DNA of 45,340 bases from a virus. The stretch is taken from the IMG/VR virus record IMGVR_UViG_3300025889_000015, positions 1 to 45,340 of that record; one strand, 5' to 3'. Both the position numbers and the translations under genes were made by a program. Each line of letters opens with the position of its first letter. Position 1 is the first letter of the stretch. Below are positions 6,677 through 13,645 of this stretch, piece by piece. The notes beneath the pieces are model-generated. The model ran no database searches. It saw only the letters and a program-made list of their open reading frames with translations, and was not told the origin of the DNA.

Positions 6677-7041
6677 TCTTGGCCTCCTTCGGCGGACAGG
6701 GCGGCGCGATAGTTGGCTAGCGCATGCTCGGCCTGCCTGCAGGCATGAGCACGGTAGTCAATATGCGAAATGTCCGGATTCGGGTAGTGCCTAACGATAG
6801 CTTCCAGTGCATCGACTAGCTCGCTGTGTGCGAGGTCGGCGGCTCTACGGTTCCAAGCGTCCACCAGGCCCTCTTTCTCACCGAAGATGACTCGCGAACA
6901 CGCATCACAAGATGTGCAAGCGATAACGTCACCGCCGAAGTTGGCTTCATCCTTCAGCGTCATTCGGGCGGCTTTGCCGCCGCAAAATGGGCATGGCAGC
7001 AGCTCATCCTGCGCCGGGTCGTTCGCTCTCATCGTATCCAT
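6673..7041 (-). CDS. Lar-family (restriction alleviation) zinc-ribbon protein with a C-terminal extension
   Basis: LPCPFCGGKAARM...IACTSCDACS...AWNRRA fits the pattern I recall for the Lar family. AGGAGA lies upstream. Confidence 0.6.
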   Translation of the reverse strand: MDTMRANDPAQDELLPCPFCGGKAARMTLKDEANFGGDVIACTSCDACSRVIFGEKEGLVDAWNRRAADLAHSELVDALEAIVRHYPNPDISHIDYRAHACRQAEHALANYRAALSAEGGQE

Positions 7042-7070
7042 GATTGCTCTCCTGCAATGGGTGAGCCCTC

Positions 7071-7079
7071 ATTATAACA
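7071..7079 (-). promoter_or_regulatory. Extended -10 promoter (TGTTATAAT) for the Lar-like operon
   Basis: The minus strand reads ctttacgtgttgttataatgagg. It overlaps one copy of the 18-bp direct repeat. Confidence 0.45.
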
Positions 7080-7093
7080 ACACGTAAAGCCGA
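7076..7093. repeat. 18-bp direct repeat AACAACACGTAAAGCCGA (operator candidate), copy 1
   Basis: Matches 7133..7150 at 17 of 18 positions. Overlaps the -10 element of the Lar-like promoter. Confidence 0.8.
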
Positions 7094-7132
7094 AGTTAGT
7101 ACCGATGTGCTTTATGGCTGATATTTTCCTGC

Positions 7133-7150
7133 AACAACACGTAAAACCGA
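7133..7150. repeat. 18-bp direct repeat AACAACACGTAAAACCGA, copy 2
   Basis: Lies 57 bp from copy 1, start to start. Confidence 0.8.
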
Positions 7151-7155
7151 TAACC

Positions 7156-7184
7156 CCAAAAAAGCCCGCTCTAGTGCGGGCTTT
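7156..7184 (-). terminator. Intrinsic terminator after cI (hairpin aaagcccgc/gcgggcttt; symmetric arms, possibly bidirectional)
   Basis: The minus strand reads gaaagcccgcactagagcgggcttttttgggg, immediately after the cI stop. Confidence 0.75.
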
Positions 7185-7199
7185 CTGGCGATCATGCCG

Positions 7200-7907
7200 C
7201 TAGACGTAGCATGTGGCGTTGTAGAACACGCGTCCCACGATGGCTACCTGCTGGGTGCGGAGCATGTCTGGAGTGAAGCGCATGTCTTCCACGTCCGGGT
7301 CGTAGCTCGTCAGGCGCAGGCCGCCGCCGGGGATTCTGTAAGCCCGCTTGATCCAGATTTCGCCGCTGATCTGTACGGCATAAATCTTCCCGTCGATGAC
7401 GTCAGTAGCAGCCATGTTGACACCCGCCACGGATCCATCAATGAAGACAGGGGACATCGTGTCGCCCTGGGTGCGTACAAATGCCGCATGGGCGCGCTCG
7501 ACGCCGCATCGATCCAGCTCTTCCTGAGCGATCTTCCTGAACTCTCCGGTCGTCTCGACAGCTTCACGGCGCAGGTCGCCGGAAAGGCCGACCCTGGCAA
7601 TGAATGGAAGATCAACCAGCGCGCCAATATCTTCCAGAACTGGCACCGACCGGCGAAGTAGGTCTTCGCGGCGCAAAGGCAGCGCATCTATGTCAAGCGG
7701 GCTCACGCCGCGCAGTTGGTCGGTGGTTATGCCGTAGTGGGCAGCCAGCGGTGCAATGTTTTTGTGCAGCGGATCTTTCGACTCGCCCTTGACGATTCGG
7801 TGGATGGTCGACTGCAAGACCCCGGTCGCTTCTGCAAGCGAACTGGGAGTCATGCCTGAGCGCTCCATTAATGCGCTCAGAATCTCGGAAACATTGCGTT
7901 TATGCAT
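7200..7907 (-). CDS. cI: CI-type repressor (XRE-family HTH plus S24 LexA-like autopeptidase)
   Basis: Trimmed to ATG 7907. HTH is MTPSSLAEATGVLQSTIHRIVKG. The S24 motifs are GDTMSP and IWIKRAY. A -10-like GATAAT lies 6 nt upstream of the ATG, suggesting a leaderless mRNA. Confidence 0.85.
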   Translation of the reverse strand: MHKRNVSEILSALMERSGMTPSSLAEATGVLQSTIHRIVKGESKDPLHKNIAPLAAHYGITTDQLRGVSPLDIDALPLRREDLLRRSVPVLEDIGALVDLPFIARVGLSGDLRREAVETTGEFRKIAQEELDRCGVERAHAAFVRTQGDTMSPVFIDGSVAGVNMAATDVIDGKIYAVQISGEIWIKRAYRIPGGGLRLTSYDPDVEDMRFTPDMLRTQQVAIVGRVFYNATCYV

Positions 7908-7913
7908 GCGTCG

Positions 7914-7943
7914 ATTATCGCTTTCCGCGCGCGCATAATTCAA
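7914..7943 (-). promoter_or_regulatory. PRM-like promoter (TTGAAT, 18-nt spacer, GATAAT) for cI
   Basis: The minus strand reads catttgaattatgcgcgcgcggaaagcgataatcgacgcATG. The predicted start site falls at or near the A of the ATG. Confidence 0.45.
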
Positions 7944-7956
7944 ATGCCTGTACACA

Positions 7957-7984
7957 TTGCGTTCTATGCGCGAGCGCATATAAT
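7957..7984 (+). promoter_or_regulatory. PR-like promoter (TTGCGT, 16-nt spacer, TATAAT) for the cro/early-right operon
   Basis: The plus strand reads cattgcgttctatgcgcgagcgcatataatgg. The palindromic operator fills the spacer and overlaps the -10 element. Confidence 0.55.
7965..7980. promoter_or_regulatory. 16-bp perfect palindromic operator TATGCGC-GA-GCGCATA
   Basis: Seen directly. Related half-sites (TATGCGC / GCGCATA) lie at 7931..7937, 4247..4253 and 4290..4296. Confidence 0.6.
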
Positions 7985-8012
7985 GGACGGGAGCCTCCAA
8001 AGGAATCCCCCC

Positions 8013-8219
8013 ATGACTACCAACACCCTCCAACTCAAGATCGAGGCCATCCGCAAGGTTGGCATCACCTACACCGCCATTGCTCGTCGCGCTGGCTGTG
8101 ACATCTCCACGCTCTTCCGTATTCGCCAGGGTGAAATCCCCGACCCCAAGTACTCCGTTGGCAGCGCCATCGACCAGCTTCACAGCGAGGTCTGCGCGGG
8201 CAGGCTCCCGGCTGCTTAG
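8013..8219 (+). CDS. cro: Cro-like small HTH regulator (68 aa)
   Basis: Trimmed to ATG 8013 (AAGGA upstream). Divergent from cI. HTH-like segment is ITYTAIARRAGCDISTLFRIRQGE. Confidence 0.65.
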   Translation: MTTNTLQLKIEAIRKVGITYTAIARRAGCDISTLFRIRQGEIPDPKYSVGSAIDQLHSEVCAGRLPAA

Positions 8220-8351
8220 TAGATCGTCTGGCTCGTTCATGTGGGGACATCCCTGTCAGTGGTTTCCATGGATGCATTGTTTACCAAGCGGTAATGCACA
8301 GAAATCACCCCGACAGGGGGTGTAGATCCAACCAGTAGTTTTCTGAAGGCA

Positions 8352-8381
8352 ATAAAAAAGCCCGCCGGGCAAGGGCGGGCT
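8352..8381 (-). terminator. Minus-oriented intrinsic terminator between cro and the replication genes
   Basis: The hairpin is preceded on the plus strand by aaaaaa and followed by tcaaca. The U-tract therefore exists only for a minus-strand transcript. Confidence 0.55.
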
Positions 8382-8404
8382 TCAACAGCGGTACAACGTC
8401 ACTG
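8352..8404 (-). ncRNA. Candidate approximately 50-nt antisense RNA (oop/sar-like) convergent with the PR operon
   Basis: A minus-strand promoter-like element at 8411..8439 is followed by about 22 nt. Then comes hairpin agcccgcc/ggcgggct and tttttt on the minus strand. On the plus strand the same hairpin has no U-tract. Confidence 0.35.
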
Positions 8405-8410
8405 GAGAAG

Positions 8411-8439
8411 ATTATGTCATTCCAACCAATCAAGTGCAA
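8411..8439 (-). promoter_or_regulatory. Candidate minus-strand promoter TTGCAC, 17-nt spacer, CATAAT
   Basis: The minus strand reads aattgcacttgattggttggaatgacataatcttc. The -10 element overlaps the start codon of 8414..8605. Confidence 0.35.
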
Positions 8440-8605
8440 TTCCTACCTGATCGTTCTCGAAGATGATGAGCTGGTCATCACGCAGAGCGGCCAGCAATCC
8501 ATTCAGAACCTGCGCATCACCTGCGACCAGCTTGAGGTGTTTTGCGCCCATCTGCAGATCGCCCGTCGTGAGCGCAAGCCTGTCGTTAAAGAGGAGTGCC
8601 GGTAA
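8414..8605 (+). CDS. Hypothetical protein (63 aa) in the cII position
   Basis: ORF-track entry with GGAGAAG upstream. No HTH is recognised. Confidence 0.5.
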   Translation: MSFQPIKCNSYLIVLEDDELVITQSGQQSIQNLRITCDQLEVFCAHLQIARRERKPVVKEECR

Positions 8606-9492
8606 TGGCTGCCCTCCCTTACATGCAGCTCTACGTGGCTGACTACCTGGCTGACACGGCGCATCTGACCACGCTTGAGCACGGCGCCTACCTGATGCTG
8701 ATGTTCAACTACTGGCAGCGTGGCGAGTCGTTTAAAGCGAACGATGAACGTTCGTTGAACAAACGCTTAGCTACCGTTGCACGCCTTTCTGTAAGCGAGT
8801 GGGACGAGGTGAAGGGTGCGCTAAGTGAGTTCTTCGATGTGACTGATACAGAGTGGTCACAGGCTCGAATTGAACGTGATCTGGCTGCTGTAAACGCCAA
8901 ATCAACCAAGGCCAAACAAGCCGGTAAAGCATCCGCTGAACGTCGGTTGAACGAACGCTCAACGAACGTTGAACAGACGTTGAACCATACAGATACAGAT
9001 ACAGATACAGATACAGATACAGAAGCAAAAGAAAAAGCTCTTGTGCCATCTGCCGATGACACGAGCGCCTACTCGGCTGAGTTCGAATCGTTCTGGACTG
9101 AATACCCAAAGCGTGAAGGCAGCAACTCGAAGAAGACTGCGTTCAAGGCTTGGAATGCCCGCCTGCGTTCTGGCGTGAAGGCAGAAGACTTGATCCTAGC
9201 GGCAAAGCGTTACGCCGCACAGCAGTTCGCTGCCGGCAACCTGGGTACGCCCTACGTCAAGCAGGCCGCAACGTTCCTCGGGGCAGACGAACACTTCCGC
9301 GAAGTGCTGGCATCAAACATCCACCCGATCCGCCAAGGGCGTGACGGCGACGGGAAGCTGCAGGCTGGGTTTTTCTACCACCCCGACGACAACGGCGTGC
9401 CGCTGCATGAGCGCCGCGTTCTGAGCCGAGAAACCCATGACCCAGCAACCGGCTACCTGCTGTCGTATCTCCGCCAGAAGGGGCGCGCATGA
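8605..9492 (+). CDS. DUF1376 (YdaU-like) replication initiation/organiser protein with a (TD)n linker
   Basis: Trimmed to ATG 8605 (TAATG overlap, AAAGAGGAG upstream). MAALPYMQLYVADYLADTAHLTTLEHGAYLML fits the DUF1376 N-terminus as I recall it. Confidence 0.65.
   Translation: MAALPYMQLYVADYLADTAHLTTLEHGAYLMLMFNYWQRGESFKANDERSLNKRLATVARLSVSEWDEVKGALSEFFDVTDTEWSQARIERDLAAVNAKSTKAKQAGKASAERRLNERSTNVEQTLNHTDTDTDTDTDTEAKEKALVPSADDTSAYSAEFESFWTEYPKREGSNSKKTAFKAWNARLRSGVKAEDLILAAKRYAAQQFAAGNLGTPYVKQAATFLGADEHFREVLASNIHPIRQGRDGDGKLQAGFFYHPDDNGVPLHERRVLSRETHDPATGYLLSYLRQKGRA
8935..8989. repeat. Five tandem 11-bp iteron-like repeats (GYTSAACNNAC); candidate replication origin inside the replication gene
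   Basis: The units are gctgaacgtcg gttgaacgaac gctcaacgaac gttgaacagac gttgaaccata, with exact 11-bp spacing. One more GTTGAACAAAC lies near 8752. Confidence 0.5.
8989..9024. repeat. Hexanucleotide microsatellite (ACAGAT)x5 plus ACAGAA, encoding TDTDTDTDTDTE
   Basis: Seen directly. It is in frame within the replication gene. Confidence 0.95.
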
Positions 9493-11330
9493 TGACTCCT
9501 TCAGAGATTGCAACCCGCCTCGCTGATCGCGTGAACGATGTTTGCCATCACCTGCTGCCGTCTGGCAAGCGTGACGGCGCAGAGTGGCGCGTAGGTAGCA
9601 CGAACGGCGAGAAGGGCCAGAGCCTTGGCGTTCACCTCAAGGGCGAGAAGGCTGGCGTCTGGTGCGACTTCTCGACAGGAGAAACGGGCGACCTGCTGGA
9701 CCTGTGGCGCGCTACTCGTGGTTGCGATATGCGGACCGCGCTCAGTGAGGCCAAGAGCTACCTGGGTGTTAGCGAGCCAAGACTTGAATCGCCAAAGGCG
9801 AAAGAGTTCACGCGGCCGGATCGCCCTAAGTGCGCCACGCCGAAGCCCGATAGTCCAGTTGTAGCGTACCTGAAGGGGCGCGGCCTCAAGGCTGAAACGA
9901 TCGCTAAGTTCAAGATCGCAGAGCAGGGCCGGCTCATCGTCTTCCCGTACCTGCGTGACGGTGGGCTGGTTCACTGGAAGACCATCGGCATCGACCGCGA
10001 CGAGAACGGCAAGAAAACGGGCATCCGCACTTCGCCCGGAACTGAGCCTTGTTTGTTCGGATGGCAGGCGATTCCCGCCGACGCTCGTGAAGTCACCATC
10101 GTGGAAGGCGAAATCGACGCGATGACTGCTTGGCAGTACGGCAGGCCGGCGCTGTCGGTTCCGTTCGGCGGCGGCAGCGGCAACAAGCAAGCCTGGATCG
10201 AACACGAGTATTCCAATCTGGAGCGCTTCGACACGATCTACCTCTGCCTGGACGCCGACGAAGAGGGGCAGAAAGCCACCGAAGAAATCATTAAGCGTCT
10301 CGGGCGTGAACGCTGCCGCCTGGTTAGCCTCGGCTGTAAGGACTTCAACTACGCGCTCGACACGCTGATGTTGACCGATGACGACATTGGCGAGTGCTAC
10401 GACAAGGCGAAGAACCTTGACCCGGAGAAGTTGGCCGGTGTGCTCGATTTTGCCGACGAAGTTTGTGCTGAGTTTTTCGAGAAGAACCCGACCGTTAGCG
10501 GCATGGAAGTGCCATGGGATAAGGCCCGCGACACGATCCGTTTCCGAACTTCAGAGCTTACCGTTTGGACTGGCTGGTCTGGTCACGGCAAGTCCCAGCT
10601 CCTGAACTACCTGGCGTTTCACGGTATGCGCAAGGGCGAGAAGTTCTGCATTGCCTCTATGGAGATGCCGGCACGTCGCACGCTGCAGCGCATGGTTCGT
10701 CAGGCGGCCGGCCTGTGCTACCCGACTCGCGGCTACATCAACGCAATCCTCGAATCGCTCTCCGGGAAGCTCTGGATCTATGACCAAGTTGGGTCGGCCA
10801 AGACGAGCGAGATGCTTGAGACGTTCCGCTATGCCGCCCGCCGCTATGGTGTGACCCATTTCATCGTGGACAGCCTGGCAAAGCTGGGAATGGCCGAGGA
10901 CGACTACAACGGCCAGAAGCAAGCGATGGAAGCGCTGGTCGGCTTCGCTCACGAGATGGGCGTGCATGTGCATCTGGTCGCTCACCCGCGCAAGGCTGAA
11001 GACGAATCGAAGGCCCCCGGCAAGCTCGACGTTCGCGGCGGCGCAATCCTGACCGACCTTGCGGACAACGTAGTCACCGTATGGCGCAACAAGAAAAAGG
11101 AAGAGGCCCTAAAAGCGGGCTCTCCCGAGGACGTTGACCGCTACGAAGCCCAGTCCGACGTGCACATGATCATCAGCAAGCAGCGGCTTACCGGGGAGGA
11201 GGGAAAGATCCCGCTCTGGTTCGATCCCGCGTCCGCTCAATACCTAGAACGCGCAGAAAGCAAGCCTCGGCAGTGGGTGAACTACTCCGGCCAAGTTGAG
11301 CAGCGCCCTGACCTGAAGGAAACAGCATAA
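9489..11330 (+). CDS. Bifunctional primase (Toprim) / DnaB-gp4-like replicative helicase
   Basis: Toprim motifs are IVEGEIDAMT and LCLDADEEGQKA. Walker A is GWSGHGKSQLL and the Walker B-like motif is HFIVDSL. ATGA overlap with the upstream gene. Confidence 0.8.
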   Translation: MMTPSEIATRLADRVNDVCHHLLPSGKRDGAEWRVGSTNGEKGQSLGVHLKGEKAGVWCDFSTGETGDLLDLWRATRGCDMRTALSEAKSYLGVSEPRLESPKAKEFTRPDRPKCATPKPDSPVVAYLKGRGLKAETIAKFKIAEQGRLIVFPYLRDGGLVHWKTIGIDRDENGKKTGIRTSPGTEPCLFGWQAIPADAREVTIVEGEIDAMTAWQYGRPALSVPFGGGSGNKQAWIEHEYSNLERFDTIYLCLDADEEGQKATEEIIKRLGRERCRLVSLGCKDFNYALDTLMLTDDDIGECYDKAKNLDPEKLAGVLDFADEVCAEFFEKNPTVSGMEVPWDKARDTIRFRTSELTVWTGWSGHGKSQLLNYLAFHGMRKGEKFCIASMEMPARRTLQRMVRQAAGLCYPTRGYINAILESLSGKLWIYDQVGSAKTSEMLETFRYAARRYGVTHFIVDSLAKLGMAEDDYNGQKQAMEALVGFAHEMGVHVHLVAHPRKAEDESKAPGKLDVRGGAILTDLADNVVTVWRNKKKEEALKAGSPEDVDRYEAQSDVHMIISKQRLTGEEGKIPLWFDPASAQYLERAESKPRQWVNYSGQVEQRPDLKETA

Positions 11331-11597
11331 ATGTCAGATCTCAACGAAATGGCCGAAGCCTTCGAGCAGGCCCGCACAGCTCCCGATCCAGCCGACAAGG
11401 CCAGCGCTCAACAGATGCTTAGCGAGATGCACGGCGTTGCTGCTGTGCGGGAGCGGCTGAAAGGTGATGGCCGTCCGGATTGCCTGGATTGTGGCGAGCA
11501 CCTATCAGACGAACGCCGCGAAGCCATGAAGAACGCCGTGCGCTGCGTGCCGTGCGAAGAGATCCATGCACAGATGGAGGCGCGCCGCCGTGGCTAA
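11331..11597 (+). CDS. TraR/DksA-family C4 zinc-finger protein
   Basis: CLDCGEHLSDERREAMKNAVRCVPCEE gives a CxxC-x17-CxxC pattern. Confidence 0.7.
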   Translation: MSDLNEMAEAFEQARTAPDPADKASAQQMLSEMHGVAAVRERLKGDGRPDCLDCGEHLSDERREAMKNAVRCVPCEEIHAQMEARRRG

Positions 11598-12000
11598 CCC
11601 AACCTTCCCCCTGCGCAACGAGATGGACCGCCAGCGCGCTATCGCCTGCCTGCAGAAGGTAGACCTCGACGCCGGCTGGACTTGGACCATGCGAGAGGAG
11701 GTCCGCAGCGATCAGCAGAACCGCCGCATGTGGGCCATGTTGCGCGATATCTCCCGCCAGGTTGAGTGGTACGGCCAGATGCTCAAAGACGAGGACTGGA
11801 AGCACATCTTCAGCGCCTCGGTCGAGCAGCAACGCGCCGTCCCCGGCCTGAATGGCGGCTTCGTCGTCCTGGGCATCTCAACCCGCAAGCAGAGCAAGAA
11901 GTGGTTCGCGGACATGTTCGAGGTGATGGAAGCCTTCGCTGCAGAGCGGGGCGTGAAGTTCACCACGGCTGATCATTGGGGAATAGGAGCTGCAGCATGA
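11590..12000 (+). CDS. ninB: NinB (Orf-family) recombination mediator
   Basis: QQNRRMWAMLRDISRQVEWYGQMLKDEDWKHIFSA...GFVVLGISTRK parallels lambda NinB. A GTG at 11590 follows GGAGG, and an alternative ATG lies at 11566. Confidence 0.8.
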   Translation: MANPTFPLRNEMDRQRAIACLQKVDLDAGWTWTMREEVRSDQQNRRMWAMLRDISRQVEWYGQMLKDEDWKHIFSASVEQQRAVPGLNGGFVVLGISTRKQSKKWFADMFEVMEAFAAERGVKFTTADHWGIGAAA

Positions 12001-12323
12001 ATAACTGGTACGTCTATTGGCTCATCGGCTGCGGCTTCATCGCTCAAATGTGGCTGCTTTGGCACGGCGGGAAGATCCTCGGCCAAGTCATCTATGCAGC
12101 TGCGGCGGCGACTTCGATTACCCGCTTCGCTTGGGCCTGCGCCCGCGTTCATGGTTTCCGTGAGCGTCGGTTCCCGAACTGGATCTACGCGCCGAAGTTC
12201 TGGTTCACCTATTTCCGCGTCGAGCTGGGTTGCACGCCCGGCCAGTCCGAGCACTTCGGCGGCTCTGGCGTCTGGAAGGGTATCGGCAAATGGACCGTGC
12301 ATCCCAAGAAGGAGGCTGTATGA
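11997..12323 (+). CDS. Hypothetical membrane protein (108 aa)
   Basis: ATGA overlap with the ninB stop. Hydrophobic N-terminus is WYVYWLIGCGFIAQMWLLW. Confidence 0.5.
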   Translation: MNNWYVYWLIGCGFIAQMWLLWHGGKILGQVIYAAAAATSITRFAWACARVHGFRERRFPNWIYAPKFWFTYFRVELGCTPGQSEHFGGSGVWKGIGKWTVHPKKEAV

Positions 12324-12622
12324 CCAAAGCCGAGAAAGCCCACCTCTCCCGCGTCGCCGCCCTGGGCTGTGTGGCGTGTTTTATCCAAGGAACGCCCGGA
12401 ACGCCAGCCGAGATACATCACCCGCGCGCCGGTCGCGGCAAGGGTCAGCGCGCAAGCCACATGGACGGCATTCCGCTCTGCCCGCCGCATCACCGTGGCA
12501 CCCATCACCCGGCTGTGCCAAGCATCCACCTGGCAAAGCTGGCCTTCATCGAGCGATTCGGAACAGAGGAGAAGTTGTTGCAGTTGGTGCAACAGCTCAC
12601 CGGACAGGAGCAGGCGGCATGA
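12320..12622 (+). CDS. Ref-family (P1 Ref-like) HNH-type nuclease
   Basis: ATGA overlap, AAGGAGG upstream. LGCVACFIQGTPGTPAEIHHPRAGRG...GIPLCPPHHRG fits the Ref pattern I recall. Confidence 0.6.
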   Translation: MTKAEKAHLSRVAALGCVACFIQGTPGTPAEIHHPRAGRGKGQRASHMDGIPLCPPHHRGTHHPAVPSIHLAKLAFIERFGTEEKLLQLVQQLTGQEQAA

Positions 12623-12732
12623 GCTGGCTAGCAATCGCATCAATGGTTCTTGTCGCAATCCTGGCTCCGCTGGTGGCCGCATGGGCAGACCTGAAAGTCA
12701 CCGAACTGAAAGAGAAGGAAGCGAGCCAATGA
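12619..12732 (+). CDS. Small membrane peptide (37 aa)
   Basis: MSWLAIASMVLVAILAPLVAAWADLKV.... ATGA overlaps on both sides. Confidence 0.4.
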   Translation: MSWLAIASMVLVAILAPLVAAWADLKVTELKEKEASQ

Positions 12733-13067
12733 CCCACAACCACTACTACAAAGACGTCTCCAAGCTCGAAACCATCGACGTGTACCGGGTCATTGAGTTG
12801 TTCGACGTGCCGGCCGGACCGATTGACCACGCCGTCAAGAAGCTGCTCTGTGCGGGCAATCGTGGCCACAAGGATCTTGATCGGGACATTCAAGACGCCA
12901 TCGACAGCCTTGTGCGCTGGCAGGCAATGCGGGCAGAGGACGCGAAAGCTGAGTTCGGCCAGCAGAACACCCTGGACTACCGCGACCCCCGCACCGTTGC
13001 CGGCGTAGACGTGTCGTTCGAGACAGAGAAGCACATGAACTTCGCGCCGGAGGTGGCTGGTGAATGA
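12729..13067 (+). CDS. DUF3310-like phage protein
   Basis: HYYKDVSKLETIDVYRVIELF...HAVKKLLCAGNRGHKDLDRDIQDAIDSL fits the DUF3310 pattern as I recall it. Confidence 0.55.
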   Translation: MTHNHYYKDVSKLETIDVYRVIELFDVPAGPIDHAVKKLLCAGNRGHKDLDRDIQDAIDSLVRWQAMRAEDAKAEFGQQNTLDYRDPRTVAGVDVSFETEKHMNFAPEVAGE

Positions 13068-13285
13068 CTTCCTCTGCGGCGAATGCTGGATCGAACTTGG
13101 CGGAATTGACTGCCGATGCTCGGGCGCTGATCGAAGCGGACAAGCAAGCCTGCCTGATCCGGCACAAGGTGCGCGACCTCAAGGGGCCGGAGAAGGATCG
13201 GCAGGGTCGCGTTCTGCTGGCGGCTGTTCCGGAGAGTGCGCGTCCTGCGGTTGTGGCGGCGCTGAAGGCGAGGGGGAGTAGATGA
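13064..13285 (+). CDS. Hypothetical protein (73 aa)
   Basis: ORF-track entry. ATGA overlaps with both neighbours. Confidence 0.5.
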   Translation: MTSSAANAGSNLAELTADARALIEADKQACLIRHKVRDLKGPEKDRQGRVLLAAVPESARPAVVAALKARGSR

Positions 13286-13632
13286 CCGCAGCCAGACGCA
13301 TGCAAGCCCTCGGGCGCCTCCCGGTCGGCCAGCTCAACAAGACCGAGGAGGCATACCGCCAACACCTCGAGGCCCGCAAGTTCGCCGGCGAGATCGCCTG
13401 GTACCGCTTCGAGGGCATCAAGCTGCGCCTGGCAGACAAGACTTTTTACACGCCGGATTTCGCGGTGATGTTGGAAAGCGGAGAGCTGCAGCTGCACGAA
13501 GTGAAAGGGTTCTGGACCGATGACGCCCGAGTGAAAACCAAAGTCGCGGCAGATCAGTACCCGATCCAGATTATCGCCGTAACCGCCAAGACCAAAAAGG
13601 CGGGCGGTGGCTGGGCAATTGAAGAATTCTGA
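13282..13632 (+). CDS. PD-(D/E)xK nuclease (DUF1064-like); candidate Holliday-junction resolvase
   Basis: KTEEAYRQHLE...FYTPDFAVML...LHEVKGFWTDD shows a D...E-x-K arrangement. Confidence 0.55.
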   Translation: MTAARRMQALGRLPVGQLNKTEEAYRQHLEARKFAGEIAWYRFEGIKLRLADKTFYTPDFAVMLESGELQLHEVKGFWTDDARVKTKVAADQYPIQIIAVTAKTKKAGGGWAIEEF

Positions 13633-13645
13633 GGGGGAGACACCA

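Noticed and set aside
7908-8240. N-terminal 111-aa extension of the repressor ORF (7200..8240)
   Set aside because: It would run antisense through cro and the operator region. The HTH domain begins right after Met at 7907, which has a promoter-like GATAAT just upstream.
8989-9024. CRISPR-like or other array interpretation of the ACAGAT repeats
   Set aside because: The 6-nt units are contiguous with no spacers, and they are in frame within a coding gene (TD dipeptide linker).
12094-13067. Long plus-strand ORFs 12094..12732 and 12369..13067
   Set aside because: Only their 3' parts are supported, by ATGA-coupled starts at 12619 and 12729. Their 5' parts overlap better-supported genes out of frame.
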